Shown: positions 9,751 through 21,433, counted from the stretch's first letter. The stretch: 64,000 bases of DNA from Marinicella sp. (GCA_965230295.1 OZ246001.1:224001-288000), one strand, 5' to 3'. Notes: a model not told the origin generated them from the sequence alone. A program made the numbers and translations.

Positions 9751-11193
9751 ATGAAAACCATCATTCAACTGTGCTATTTCATTTTTTTAGCTTCATCAAC
9801 AACATCTTTTGCAGCGGTTAGCCTCAGTCAAAACCAAACCGGACAAGCCGTGGTGGTCCCTTACTACACTGTTGCCAATAACTTAAACACTTTGGTTTCG
9901 ATCAATAACACCCAGAACCAACCTAAAGCCATCAAGGTTCATATCAAAGACGGGCGCCAAGGCGCTGCCATGATCAGCTTTAATTTGTATTTAGATGCCA
10001 ACGATGTTTTTACTTTCGCCATGGGCGAAGGTGTCTACAGCCCCAATGTCTATAGCAATGACACGTCTTGCACCCTCAACCTTGAAAACATTCCCTTAGG
10101 GATACCTGTCCCTCCTAATGAAAATTGGAACATATTGACAGGCACCATTGAAATCATTGAAATGGGTAATGTATTGACTGAATCGAATGACTTTTTCGGT
10201 GGGATCAGTCAGCAAGAAAATTGTGATCGACTCAGCGACGCCTGGTATGCCAATGGGCCCAACAGTTTTTGGCAAGCAGAATCAACCGCCGAATTGAGTC
10301 CAGTTTCAGGAGGCCTGACAGCTGATGTCAGTGTGATTGATGTGACCGATGGCTTCGCCTTCAAAGTTCCTACTCTGGCCTTTGAAAACTTCTTTCCAGC
10401 TGACACGATTTTTAACCGACTTCCAGAATCGGACGAACCCAATCTGGCCAGCGGCACCCAAAACAGTCTTCTCCTTCATCAAGGCCAAGTCTTTCAAACC
10501 ACTTGGCCCACTGGTTATGAAGCGATCAGTGCCCTGTTCATGAAAAGCACTGTAGAGAATGAATACGATGTTGAAGCGGGAGCCGCGGGCGTTACCGAAT
10601 GGGTCCTGAGTTTTCCAACCATGCCATATCACAAGGCCAGTTCCGTAACCCAAACACCTTTCATTTTTGAGGATGAACAATGGTTTCGGTTTCCGGGCAC
10701 GCCCAGTAATGATTACCATATGTATAACAGAGAGGGTGCCGGTAGCTTTGGCATTTGGGCTTGTGTTCTACCTCCACCCGGAGTCTACTGCCCGCCCATC
10801 AATTTCCTCAATCATGTAGTCTCTACTTACGTGGTTGATCCGAGATTCATTGAAACCCCTGTTTCAGTGATTTCTGGAGGCGGAACAGACAGCGTCAGAC
10901 CATTGAACATCGATGGTTCCGGTCTTAATCCCAATCAATTCCTCTCTGGGAAAGCCAAACTATTGGTCAAATCTGATACTCAGGATGAAGGATTTGGGCA
11001 AGTTTATGCCATAACCAACAACCGCGGCGTCAACAGCTCGACTGCTGCCGCACAAAACTATTTAGGCTTACCAGTCACTGGCTTTTCGGTACAAATGTAC
11101 CGCAATGGCAATGCACAACCTGGTTTGTTGGCCACTTACGCAACCGCAAAAATGCATTATGGCGAACGCATAATCATCGAAGCTGACGATTAA
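9751..11193 (+). CDS. Secreted hypothetical (putative cell-surface) protein
   Basis: Signal peptide; GQAVVVPYYTV, FNLYL, TEWVLSFPT and GLPVTGF blocks; 480-aa ORF followed by a terminator. Confidence 0.65.
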   Translation: MKTIIQLCYFIFLASSTTSFAAVSLSQNQTGQAVVVPYYTVANNLNTLVSINNTQNQPKAIKVHIKDGRQGAAMISFNLYLDANDVFTFAMGEGVYSPNVYSNDTSCTLNLENIPLGIPVPPNENWNILTGTIEIIEMGNVLTESNDFFGGISQQENCDRLSDAWYANGPNSFWQAESTAELSPVSGGLTADVSVIDVTDGFAFKVPTLAFENFFPADTIFNRLPESDEPNLASGTQNSLLLHQGQVFQTTWPTGYEAISALFMKSTVENEYDVEAGAAGVTEWVLSFPTMPYHKASSVTQTPFIFEDEQWFRFPGTPSNDYHMYNREGAGSFGIWACVLPPPGVYCPPINFLNHVVSTYVVDPRFIETPVSVISGGGTDSVRPLNIDGSGLNPNQFLSGKAKLLVKSDTQDEGFGQVYAITNNRGVNSSTAAAQNYLGLPVTGFSVQMYRNGNAQPGLLATYATAKMHYGERIIIEADD

Positions 11194-11222
11194 AAAAAGC
11201 ACCCGTTTTTGGGTGCTTCTTG
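11192..11222. terminator. Bidirectional intrinsic terminator
   Basis: AAGCACCC-GTTTTT-GGGTGCTT hairpin with A/T tails between convergent genes. Confidence 0.7.
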
Positions 11223-11245
11223 ATGGCTGTTTGTTGATGGCGGAA

Positions 11246-11728
11246 TTATGCCGCCAAAGCTTTCTCGATGTACTTTTTCAAATCCTTGGGTTTGGTTGTT
11301 GGTGCAAATCGTTTGATTGGCTGACCGTCTTTACCCACCAAGAATTTGGTGAAATTCCATTTGATGTTTTTACCTAAAGTACCGGGTAACTCGTCTTTCA
11401 AATATTCAAATACAGGATGGGTGTCATCACCGTTGACATCTATTTTGCCAAACATGGGAAAACTGACGCCGTAATTAATTTCACAAAACTCACTGATTTG
11501 ATCGGCGTTTCCTGGCTCCTGTTTACCAAATTGATTGCAAGGAAAACCCAATATTTCCAAGCCCTGATCTTTGTATTCTTCATACAAGGCTTGTAAGCCC
11601 TCATACTGTGGGGTCAATCCACATTTACTGGCTGTGTTGACCACCAACACCACTTTACCTTTGTAGGCGGCCAATTCTTGTTCTTTGCCAGTCAAGGTCT
11701 CTGCTTTGAAATCGAATAATTCTGTCAT
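11246..11728 (-). CDS. Glutathione peroxidase
   Basis: VNTASKCGLT, GFPCNQF, IKWNFTKFL. Confidence 0.95.
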   Translation of the reverse strand: MTELFDFKAETLTGKEQELAAYKGKVVLVVNTASKCGLTPQYEGLQALYEEYKDQGLEILGFPCNQFGKQEPGNADQISEFCEINYGVSFPMFGKIDVNGDDTHPVFEYLKDELPGTLGKNIKWNFTKFLVGKDGQPIKRFAPTTKPKDLKKYIEKALAA

Positions 11729-11862
11729 GATTGTCTCTGATGGATAATTCTCCTCATTATGGTGGCACAGGCGTGAAAATTAAAGCGATGCAGAAAATAA
11801 AAACACTTGAATTTTGAACGACAGACCATTAGCCTTATCTGTTTTTTAATAGAAAGTAAATC

Positions 11863-12453
11863 ATGCCTTTAATCAAACCCTTAGACCAATTTGCCAATCC
11901 AGAAGTTGAACGACTGGTTAAATTTTTCAACGAAACCTTGGGGTTTTGCCCCAACAGTGTACTTACCATGCAGCGACGCCCAGCCATAGCTGAAGCCTTC
12001 GTCAATCTCAACATGGCAGTCATGGCCAACGAAGGTCGTGTGACCGCAGAACAAAAACGCCTGGTCGGTTATCTGACCAGTGCCCAAACAGGGTGTCGTT
12101 ATTGCCAAGCTCACACCATTCTGGCCGCTGAACGCTATGGTGGCTCTCAAGAGCGTTTGGACAACATATGGGAGTTCCGCAACAGTGATTTGTTCACTGA
12201 GGCTGAAAAAGCCATGTTTGAGTTTGCCTTGGCTGCCTCCAGCGTACCCAATGCCGTCGATGAAAGCATTGAAACAGAACTCAAGAAACACTGGGATGAT
12301 GGTGAAGTGGTAGAAATCTTAGGAGTGATTGCCCTGTTCGGCTACCTCAACCGCTGGAATGACTCCATGGGAACCAGCCTGGAAAGTGGCGCAGAAGATG
12401 CAGGTATGAAATATTTTGGCGATCAAGGCTGGGACAAAGGCAAACACCAGTAA
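11863..12453 (+). CDS. AhpD-like / carboxymuconolactone decarboxylase family protein
   Basis: GCRYCQAH motif. Confidence 0.85.
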   Translation: MPLIKPLDQFANPEVERLVKFFNETLGFCPNSVLTMQRRPAIAEAFVNLNMAVMANEGRVTAEQKRLVGYLTSAQTGCRYCQAHTILAAERYGGSQERLDNIWEFRNSDLFTEAEKAMFEFALAASSVPNAVDESIETELKKHWDDGEVVEILGVIALFGYLNRWNDSMGTSLESGAEDAGMKYFGDQGWDKGKHQ

Positions 12454-12455
12454 AC

Positions 12456-13385
12456 ATGGACCACCACCATCACAAACATGACCATGATCATGGGCACCAC
12501 GACCACAGTGTCGCGGTAAACCAAGACAATAAATCTCGAGTCTTGTGGGCCATGATGCTGACCTTTGGCTTCATGTTTGCCGAAGTCATTGGTGGACTGA
12601 TCTCAGGCTCACTGTCCCTATTGGCCGATGCCGGCCACATGTTCAGTGATGGTTTGGCCTTGTTACTGTCATGGTTGGCTTTCAAATACAGTGACAAAGG
12701 GGCTGATCAAGCCCGCAGCTTTGGCTGGCACCGTTTCCAAATTCTGGCTGCTTTTGTCAATGGACTCAGTTTATTGGTCATTGCTGTGTGGATTGTGGTT
12801 GAGGCTGTGAGCCGATTTTGGGCGCCCGTTCAGGTCATGGCGACACCGATGATGGTGATTGCCACCCTGGGTTTAATCGTCAACTTGGTGGTGTTCAAAA
12901 TACTCAGCGGTGGAGACCATGATAACTTGAACCTGCAGTCGGCGATGATCCATGTGCTGGGTGATTTGTTGGGTTCAGTGGCGGCCATCTTGGCTGCATT
13001 GCTTATTCTGTTTTTTGATTGGTATTTGGCCGACCCCATTTTGTCGATTCTGGTTGCACTGCTGATCATGAAATCCGGCTTGGCGGTGGTCAAAAAATCG
13101 GCACATATCTTGGTTGAAGGCAGCCCCGACTCAGTTGATGAAGCAGTCGTTAAATCCCTATTGGTGGCTGAAGTTGATTCTGTGGTTGATGTCCACCACA
13201 TCCATGTGTGGTCATTGACCAACGACATCAATCTCATGACCTTGCATGTGCAGGTTGATGAGATTCAGCATGACTCTGATGTGTTGAAAGCAATTAAATC
13301 TTTGTTAAAAGAACACTTTGATGTGCGTCACACCACCATTCAGGTTGAACACTTGCCCTGCCCTGACGATGATTGCGACATGTGA
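12456..13385 (+). CDS. Cation diffusion facilitator (ZitB/CzcD-like Zn/Co/Cd exporter)
   Basis: His-rich N-terminus; LLADAGHMFSD, HVLGDLLGS, HTTIQVE. Confidence 0.93.
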   Translation: MDHHHHKHDHDHGHHDHSVAVNQDNKSRVLWAMMLTFGFMFAEVIGGLISGSLSLLADAGHMFSDGLALLLSWLAFKYSDKGADQARSFGWHRFQILAAFVNGLSLLVIAVWIVVEAVSRFWAPVQVMATPMMVIATLGLIVNLVVFKILSGGDHDNLNLQSAMIHVLGDLLGSVAAILAALLILFFDWYLADPILSILVALLIMKSGLAVVKKSAHILVEGSPDSVDEAVVKSLLVAEVDSVVDVHHIHVWSLTNDINLMTLHVQVDEIQHDSDVLKAIKSLLKEHFDVRHTTIQVEHLPCPDDDCDM

Positions 13386-13543
13386 CATCAAATTTCAAAC
13401 ACCCTTTGTCCATTGGCTTGAACTCACGGCTTTTTGAAAAGTCATTGAATCGTTTGATCATGTCACTCATTCGCGTCTGAATGTGTTGTGGTCTCTTTTC
13501 TGTGCTATCAATGGTGTTTTAAATCCATTACACAGGAGGAGTC

Positions 13544-14746
13544 ATGAAAATCAGAATCATATTTCTGGCATTTTTATTAACCGGATGCCAATACCACAAC
13601 ATGCAAAAAGAATCGTTGGATAAAATCCACCCTGAGGACGCCGTTCCCAACCCCATAGTACTTCGCCCCGCGGACAACAATAATTTGGCCGTCAATTGCG
13701 TTGCAAACCCATGTATGACAGTAAAGATTATAGATGTAGGCCAGGGGTCAACAGGGTTGGCTTTGTTACCTGATGGGACCAGTATCCTAATCGATGCCGG
13801 CGGTTCTGGTTCGAGCTGGGCAAGCAATGTCAACACCCAAATTACCAGCCTCGGAATCACCCAAATTGATTACTTGATACTGAGTCATTCTGATAATGAT
13901 CACATCAACTTAATCAACGACATCACGGCTTTAGACTTATCGACCTTAACGGCCATTCATTTGTCAGGAGAGCCCTCGGATTACTACTACCAAAATACTG
14001 CTGGTAGGATTTTCATGTCAAAAATTTACACCAACCCATCATCACAAAGGTCTATTGCTCAATGTAATCAAAACAAAAAACCTGGTGTGAATGCAACCAT
14101 TTATTGCTATGGCAATGCCACATATGGCGCTGCCCTCAATCAAATCGGCTTTCCGAATGACCCCACAATAGGCTTATATACCTATTTATTGGCGGTCAAT
14201 GTAGGCAGCACCACTGCGCCTCCAACATCAAGTAACGCGGCCTCTTTGGTGTTTGGTATTACTTACAACAATGAAAAACTCATTTTTCCGGGGGATGCCG
14301 AAGGCAGCACACAAATTGGGATGACAGCCAATTCCCTCGCTGCCATGTATCAGGACGTGACGGTTTACCCACTGGCTCATCATGGCGCCACAACCAATGG
14401 ATCCAACAGCACTGCCTGGCTCACAGAAGTTCAAGCAAATGCTTATGTTTCATCAAGTTCCTGGCACACTGGATGGTATCATCCGAGCGGCCAACTCATT
14501 CATAACATCAGAAGCAACGGCAACCTGAATACCAGATTGATGAACTTCACCCAACATTATGTTTTCAGTTCAAGTAAAACAACCCTACCCGCATACTGTT
14601 ATTGTGATTTTCAATCCTCAATCATGAGTACTTACACCAATGGAACAGGTACATTCATCAGTGACGGAGTGACCTGGGAATATACCAGTGCAGAAAATGC
14701 TAAATATGGGTTAAGCGCATGCCCATTAACCGCTAATTACTGTTAA
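13544..14746 (+). CDS. Stand-alone ComEC/Rec2-type metallo-beta-lactamase-fold lipoprotein
   Basis: Lipobox LLTGC; DVGQG, LIDAG, SHSDNDH, GDAE, AHHG, HPS. Confidence 0.8.
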   Translation: MKIRIIFLAFLLTGCQYHNMQKESLDKIHPEDAVPNPIVLRPADNNNLAVNCVANPCMTVKIIDVGQGSTGLALLPDGTSILIDAGGSGSSWASNVNTQITSLGITQIDYLILSHSDNDHINLINDITALDLSTLTAIHLSGEPSDYYYQNTAGRIFMSKIYTNPSSQRSIAQCNQNKKPGVNATIYCYGNATYGAALNQIGFPNDPTIGLYTYLLAVNVGSTTAPPTSSNAASLVFGITYNNEKLIFPGDAEGSTQIGMTANSLAAMYQDVTVYPLAHHGATTNGSNSTAWLTEVQANAYVSSSSWHTGWYHPSGQLIHNIRSNGNLNTRLMNFTQHYVFSSSKTTLPAYCYCDFQSSIMSTYTNGTGTFISDGVTWEYTSAENAKYGLSACPLTANYC

Positions 14747-14946
14747 AAATATTGTGATTAAAACCCGGCCAACCATTGTGACTTAGCACCTCACGGGTTG
14801 GCCGGGCAGGCGTATTGATGGCAAGATATCAGTGCCGGCAACCATGGCCCCGGCATCAATGCATTGATCGATCATTACCACACATCTCGAAAGTAATCAT
14901 GGTATCGTGTTAACATTTATCTACCCTTAGAAATAGCTTGCTGATC

Positions 14947-15507
14947 ATGACAGATTTTCAAATTACTTCAGCCAAAACAGAGCAAGACATATCAGACATC
15001 CTGAAACTGCAAAAACAGAATTTAGCGAAAAGTCTTTCATCGGAAGAAGCAAACTCACAAGGGTTTGTTACAGTAGACCACGATTTTGACATTTTGCGAG
15101 CGATGAACAGTCCACACCCTCACGTCATCGCTAAGGATCAGGATCAAGTGGTGGCCTATGCGCTGGTTATGTTGCGTAAATTTTCTTCAGAAATTCCTGT
15201 TCTCACTCCCATGTTCAATCGGATTGAAAGATTAAAATATCAGGATCAATTAATCACCCCAGACCAATATTTCATCATGGGACAGGTGTGTGTGGCCAAA
15301 CCATACCGGTCATTGGGGGTGTTTGCTGGCCTGTATGCACACATGCGTGAGCAGATGAAGGCACATTTTAAATACATCATCACAGAAATAGCTGATACCA
15401 ACACACGCTCAATCAGAGCCCATGAAAAAGTGGGCTTCACCACCATTGATACCTATACAAGCGATGAGACTGTTTGGCACATAGTGCTGCTGGATTTATC
15501 CGGTTAG
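14947..15507 (+). CDS. GNAT N-acetyltransferase
   Basis: GQVCVAKPYRSLG; NTRSIRAHEKVGF. Confidence 0.85.
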   Translation: MTDFQITSAKTEQDISDILKLQKQNLAKSLSSEEANSQGFVTVDHDFDILRAMNSPHPHVIAKDQDQVVAYALVMLRKFSSEIPVLTPMFNRIERLKYQDQLITPDQYFIMGQVCVAKPYRSLGVFAGLYAHMREQMKAHFKYIITEIADTNTRSIRAHEKVGFTTIDTYTSDETVWHIVLLDLSG

Positions 15508-15577
15508 GGTACGTCCAGACATGGCCCAAACAACTCGGGTTGTGTTATCATAATTACTTTCAAATGCACCACCATAA

Positions 15578-16693
<1,116 letters not shown>

Positions 16694-16706
16694 GCAGGAG
16701 TCATTG

Positions 16707-17537
16707 ATGGAGTTGAAAAGTAAAACCAAGATGCACGGTGGAAAATTGGCCTATTACCAGCATCAATCCACTGCCAATCAGGCACCCATGGGCTTTGCGG
16801 TGTACTTACCTCCTCAGGCGTCAGAGAAACCTGTACCTGTCCTCTATTTTCTTTCAGGTCTGACCTGTACAGAAGAAAATTTCATGATCAAATCCGGAGC
16901 ACAACGATTTGCTGCCAATCATGGCATCGCTTTAATCACCATGGATACCAGCCCTCGAAACTTAGGTATCGAAGGGGAAGATGACAGTTATGATTTTGGC
17001 TCAGGGGCTGGTTTTTACCTCAATGCCACCGCAGTACCTTGGGCAAAAAATTACCAAATGTATGATTATGTGGTGCATGAATTACCGGCGCTGATTGAAC
17101 AGCATTTTCCAGTGACCAACAAACGATCCATTTTCGGCCACTCAATGGGAGGGCATGGAGCCTTAACCATTGCCTTAAAAAACCCTGACCGTTATTGCTC
17201 GGTCAGTGCTTTTTCCCCAATAGTAGCGCCCACCCAAAACCCATGGGGTGTCAAAGCATTTACCGGCTATTTAGGCGATGATCGAAGCCAATGGCAACCA
17301 TATGACACCGTAGAACTGGTTAAGCAAGGGGCTGAAAAAGTGCCTTTATTCATCGATCAAGGCAGTGATGATGAGTTTTTATCCGAGTACTTACAACCAG
17401 AAAAACTACAAGCTGTGTGTGAGCAATTCAGCCACCCGCTTAACCTCCGCATGCACAGTGGTTATGACCACAGCTATTATTTCATCGCCAGTTTCATCGA
17501 GGATCACATCGCTTACCATGCCAAGCACCTGCTCTGA
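16707..17537 (+). CDS. fghA: S-formylglutathione hydrolase
   Basis: LSGLTC, GHSMGGHG, GYDHSYYF; directly downstream of frmA. Confidence 0.95.
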   Translation: MELKSKTKMHGGKLAYYQHQSTANQAPMGFAVYLPPQASEKPVPVLYFLSGLTCTEENFMIKSGAQRFAANHGIALITMDTSPRNLGIEGEDDSYDFGSGAGFYLNATAVPWAKNYQMYDYVVHELPALIEQHFPVTNKRSIFGHSMGGHGALTIALKNPDRYCSVSAFSPIVAPTQNPWGVKAFTGYLGDDRSQWQPYDTVELVKQGAEKVPLFIDQGSDDEFLSEYLQPEKLQAVCEQFSHPLNLRMHSGYDHSYYFIASFIEDHIAYHAKHLL

Positions 17538-17549
17538 AACACAATCAGT

Positions 17550-18047
17550 CTATGACCTGTTAACAGGCCCTAGTTCCAACTGATAAAAAACATTATCCAC
17601 GGCTATCAAAGGAAATGAACCGGGCAATTGAGATTGGCTGATGGCTTGGTAGCCGTTTTTTTCATAAAACCGCATGGCAGCATGATAAACATCAATGGTT
17701 CCCAAATAAATGTTTCTCACACCTTGTACCCGAGCCCAATCATGACAGGCATTCAACAAGGCTTTGGCCACCCCTTTCTTTGCCCCCCTGTAATCAGGTG
17801 ACACAAACATTTTGCGCAAAGCCACTGCTTGCATTCCAATATCTATCAGAGCAATGGTACCAATGACTGCACCTGCATCAACTGCGACCCAAAAATTACC
17901 AGTCCCTTGCTGATAAAAATGTTCGATGTCATGCAAATCCGGTTGGTCTTCGGCAGTTATGCTCACCCCAAACTCCTGTTGCTGGATGCTCAGTATCAAA
18001 TCAATCACGGCAGATTGATCACTGTCAAGGTAAGTTCTGATGTTCAT
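17550..18047 (-). CDS. GNAT N-acetyltransferase
   Basis: IQQQEF, QPDL, LRKMFV..YRG, FYEKNGY. Confidence 0.85.
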   Translation of the reverse strand: MNIRTYLDSDQSAVIDLILSIQQQEFGVSITAEDQPDLHDIEHFYQQGTGNFWVAVDAGAVIGTIALIDIGMQAVALRKMFVSPDYRGAKKGVAKALLNACHDWARVQGVRNIYLGTIDVYHAAMRFYEKNGYQAISQSQLPGSFPLIAVDNVFYQLELGPVNRS

Positions 18048-18102
18048 GAAAGAGTAAAATGTGATGTCATTTTCTAAGGGTTGAATTGAATCGGCAGAAA
18101 AC

Positions 18103-18786
18103 TCATTTCCACATGGCAATGGTCAGTAAAGTCTTTTCATTGATCTCACTGTCAATGTTGACCAGTTTCCAATTTCCTTGCTGTTTAAACTCCAACGTGA
18201 TCATTTCTTTGCCGGCATCATTCACAAATACTGCATGTTTCTCAGTGGCCGAAATGCTACTCATACACAAAGTGTAGTCGTCTTTGCCAGCCACAACCGT
18301 TGCATCACATGGAACCAGCGCTCCCAATTCGTGCTTTTTCTTAAGGTAGGCTCTGGTGTAATCTGCCAAATGTCTGGGAATCAAAAACAGCACCGCCTTT
18401 TCAGACAACTGTGCTGTGGTTTCATCATCCATCGCGGTGGGATCAGACTCTGCAATTGCAGCTTTGATTCGGTTTCGCATGCCCTCATTCAAAGCATTGA
18501 AATCAATATAGTTCCCCAAATCAGCTTCCCATTTTTTGCGATCTCGTTTGGGCAATTTGCGATCATCACTGATCAAGTAATGAATCCCGATGCCTCGCAT
18601 CACTTGGTCAATTTGTTCTGCATCATTGAGTTTATGAGCCGAAAGTGACCCACATACAAGCAATAACAGAAGGCAATTGAGAACAGTGGATCCCAAACGT
18701 AATATACACAATGGGTTGCGCTGCTTGACTTTGAATTTTGACCACATCATTTCTTGCTCACCCATCTTAAGAACGTGATATTTCAA
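18103..18786 (-). CDS. Hypothetical protein, possibly exported (start uncertain)
   Basis: 227-aa ORF with an internal signal-like segment LLLLVCGSLSA. Confidence 0.55.
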   Translation of the reverse strand: MKYHVLKMGEQEMMWSKFKVKQRNPLCILRLGSTVLNCLLLLLVCGSLSAHKLNDAEQIDQVMRGIGIHYLISDDRKLPKRDRKKWEADLGNYIDFNALNEGMRNRIKAAIAESDPTAMDDETTAQLSEKAVLFLIPRHLADYTRAYLKKKHELGALVPCDATVVAGKDDYTLCMSSISATEKHAVFVNDAGKEMITLEFKQQGNWKLVNIDSEINEKTLLTIAMWK

Positions 18787-19099
18787 TGCTGAGTACCACT
18801 TCTAATACCCAGGCACTGAGATTGGGGAAAAACCAACCAAAGGCAGCCAACAATGCACCACCTGCACCCGCCCAAGGCAGGTATTGCCACAACAAATGCT
18901 GCCAATCAATGAATTCGGTAGGTAAAGCAAATAACCGAATAACTACACCCATGATTAAACCTGGGATCAACCACATCAGCGCCATAAAAACTTTGGTGCC
19001 CAGTGTGAACTGGTCTTTGGCCTGTAGTTCTGCTTGTTCTGGTGTTGGCATGGTAATCATCCATTGATATGCACTCATAACCCATTGTACTGAGCTCAT
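18767..19099 (-). CDS. Hypothetical small membrane protein
   Basis: Two hydrophobic helices; overlaps the next ORF as in an operon. Confidence 0.5.
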   Translation of the reverse strand: MSSVQWVMSAYQWMITMPTPEQAELQAKDQFTLGTKVFMALMWLIPGLIMGVVIRLFALPTEFIDWQHLLWQYLPWAGAGGALLAAFGWFFPNLSAWVLEVVLSIEISRS

Positions 19100-19172
19100 A
19101 ACATATTTTCACTTTAATTCATCGACACAGGCCATATAATCGAGATATTGACCACGTATTAGAGGAAACCCT

Positions 19173-19673
19173 ATGACCACAGAACGAGCAGTATTGGCAG
19201 GCGGATGCTTTTGGGGCATGCAAGACCTGATCAGAAAAATGGACGGTGTTACTGACACCCGTGTTGGCTACACCGGTGGTGAAGTAGCAAACGCCACATA
19301 CCGCAACCATGCTGGACATGCAGAAGCGATAGAAATTATTTTTGATAACGAAGTGATTACATACCGAGATATTCTGGCCTTCTTTTTCCAGATTCATGAC
19401 CCCACCACAGTGGATCGCCAAGGTAATGATATGGGTGACTCATACCGTTCGGAGATTTTTTACACCAGCGAAGCGCAAAAAGACATGGCCATAAAAACCA
19501 TCAAGGATGTTGACGCCTCCGGGCTGTGGCCAGGCAAGGCGGTCACCAAAATTTCTGCTGTCAGTGATTTCTGGGAAGCTGAGCCTGAACACCAAGACTA
19601 TTTAGAAAGGATACCGAATGGTTACACCTGCCACTTTGCAAGGCCTGATTGGGTGCTGCCTGAAGCAGAATAA
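19173..19673 (+). CDS. msrA: Peptide-methionine (S)-S-oxide reductase
   Basis: [24 protein letters not shown]. Confidence 0.96.
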   Translation: MTTERAVLAGGCFWGMQDLIRKMDGVTDTRVGYTGGEVANATYRNHAGHAEAIEIIFDNEVITYRDILAFFFQIHDPTTVDRQGNDMGDSYRSEIFYTSEAQKDMAIKTIKDVDASGLWPGKAVTKISAVSDFWEAEPEHQDYLERIPNGYTCHFARPDWVLPEAE

Positions 19674-19680
19674 ACAACCA

Positions 19681-19710
19681 AAAAAGGCCGCATCATGCGG
19701 CCTTTTTTAT
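19681..19710. terminator. Bidirectional intrinsic terminator
   Basis: AAAAAGGCCGCA-TCA-TGCGGCCTTTTT. Confidence 0.85.
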
Positions 19711-19726
19711 AAACTCTCAGTGAGCT

Positions 19727-21355
19727 TTACCCCAAAAACGGATAGCGGTAATCCGTAGGTGGTACAAAAGTCTCCTTGATGGTTCTGGGAGACAACCACC
19801 TATACAAATTCAATGCGGACCCAGCCTTGTCATTCGTACCGGAAGCACGACCACCACCAAAGGGTTGTTGACCCACCACAGCACCAGTTGGTTTGTCGTT
19901 GATGTAGAAGTTACCTGCTGCATTTCTTAAACGGTCACTCATGTGGTTGATCATGTATCGATCTTGGGCAAATATGGCACCGGTTAAGGCATAAATTGAA
20001 CCGCGGTTACACAGATCGAGAGTCTCTTCGAAATTGGCTTCATCATAAACATAGATGGTCAAAACAGGTCCGAATATTTCTTCCTGCATGGTTTTGAAAT
20101 TTGGATTGCTGGTTACGATGACGGTCGGTTCAATGAAGTAACCAGTCGATTTATCGCAGCCACCACCCACAATGATTTTTGCATCATTGGCTTCTGCTGC
20201 GAAGTCTACATAAGACTTGATCTTATCGAAAGATCGTTCATCGATAACGGCATTGATGAAGTTACTGAAATCTCGCGTAGAACCCATCTTGAAGGACTTG
20301 ACGTCTTCTATCAACTGCTCTTTTACACCTGACCATAATGATAATGGGATGTAAGCCCTGGAAGCTGCTGAACACTTCTGTCCTTGGAACTCAAAGGCGC
20401 CTCTCGACAAGGTCGTAGCCACTGCGATTGGATTGGCTGACTCATGGGCAAAGACAAAATCTTTACCACCTGTCTCACCCACCAATCTGGGGTATGAATG
20501 ATAACGGCCTATGTTTCCACCCACCTCGGCAAAGATGTGTTGGAATGTGGGGGTTGAACCAGTGAAATGCACACCTGCAAGTTCGGGACGAGGTAACAAA
20601 GCGGCACCTGCCACCGGGCCATCTGCAGCCACCATATTGATCACCCCGTCAGGCAAACCCGCCGCTTTGAAAACTTCCATGATCACATAGGCAGACAGCA
20701 TTTGTGTCCCTGAGGGCTTCCACACCACCGTGTTGCCCAACATCGCAGGCGTGGCTGGCAAGTTACCAGCAATGGCGGTGAAATTGAATGGCGTAATGGC
20801 CATCACAAAACCTTCTAAAGGGCGCCAATCCAATTGATTCCAAACACCTGGAGATGACACGGGTTGTTGCTCCATGATTTGCTCATAAAAATAGGCATTG
20901 AAGCGTAAGAAGTCGATCAATTCACAGGCCGAATCAATTTCGGCTTGAAAGCAATTTTTAGATTGCCCGTGCATGGTGGCTGCATTGATGATGTTGCGAT
21001 AAGGTCCAGCGATCAAATCAGCGGCTTTCAAGAACACAGCAGCACGGGATTGCCAAGGTAAACTGGCCCATTCTGCTTGTGCATTGATCGCAGCATCTGC
21101 TGCTGCATTCAATTCCTTGGCACCTCCGGCATGTGCTTGGCCCAAGATGTGTTGATGGTCATGGGGCATCACCACATTTTCAGTCACTCCTGTTCGAACT
21201 TCTTCTCCACCGATGTAACAGGGTATATCAACCTGCTCTGAGGACATCTTGTCCATTGCTTGTTGTAAAGCGATGGTTTCAGCCGTACCTGGTCGGTATT
21301 CACTGATGGGTTCGTTGGTTACAGCTGGTGTTTGCGGGATGTTGGCACTGATCAT
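19727..21355 (-). CDS. pruA: L-glutamate gamma-semialdehyde (P5C) dehydrogenase
   Basis: PFNFTAIAGNL, GETGGKDF, GQKCSAAS, QQPFGGGRASGTNDKAG. Confidence 0.93.
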   Translation of the reverse strand: MISANIPQTPAVTNEPISEYRPGTAETIALQQAMDKMSSEQVDIPCYIGGEEVRTGVTENVVMPHDHQHILGQAHAGGAKELNAAADAAINAQAEWASLPWQSRAAVFLKAADLIAGPYRNIINAATMHGQSKNCFQAEIDSACELIDFLRFNAYFYEQIMEQQPVSSPGVWNQLDWRPLEGFVMAITPFNFTAIAGNLPATPAMLGNTVVWKPSGTQMLSAYVIMEVFKAAGLPDGVINMVAADGPVAGAALLPRPELAGVHFTGSTPTFQHIFAEVGGNIGRYHSYPRLVGETGGKDFVFAHESANPIAVATTLSRGAFEFQGQKCSAASRAYIPLSLWSGVKEQLIEDVKSFKMGSTRDFSNFINAVIDERSFDKIKSYVDFAAEANDAKIIVGGGCDKSTGYFIEPTVIVTSNPNFKTMQEEIFGPVLTIYVYDEANFEETLDLCNRGSIYALTGAIFAQDRYMINHMSDRLRNAAGNFYINDKPTGAVVGQQPFGGGRASGTNDKAGSALNLYRWLSPRTIKETFVPPTDYRYPFLG

Positions 21356-21433
21356 GGAACAAATCTCGTAAAAAAAAAGTGAATTATACGGATTTATTGT
21401 CAAAGGAGCAAAAGCAGTCGACCAAAGGCGTGC

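Noticed and set aside
14764-14870. GC-rich hairpins after the ComEC-like gene as a novel ncRNA
   Set aside because: Single occurrence in the window; adequately explained as a terminator or REP-like stem with no further support
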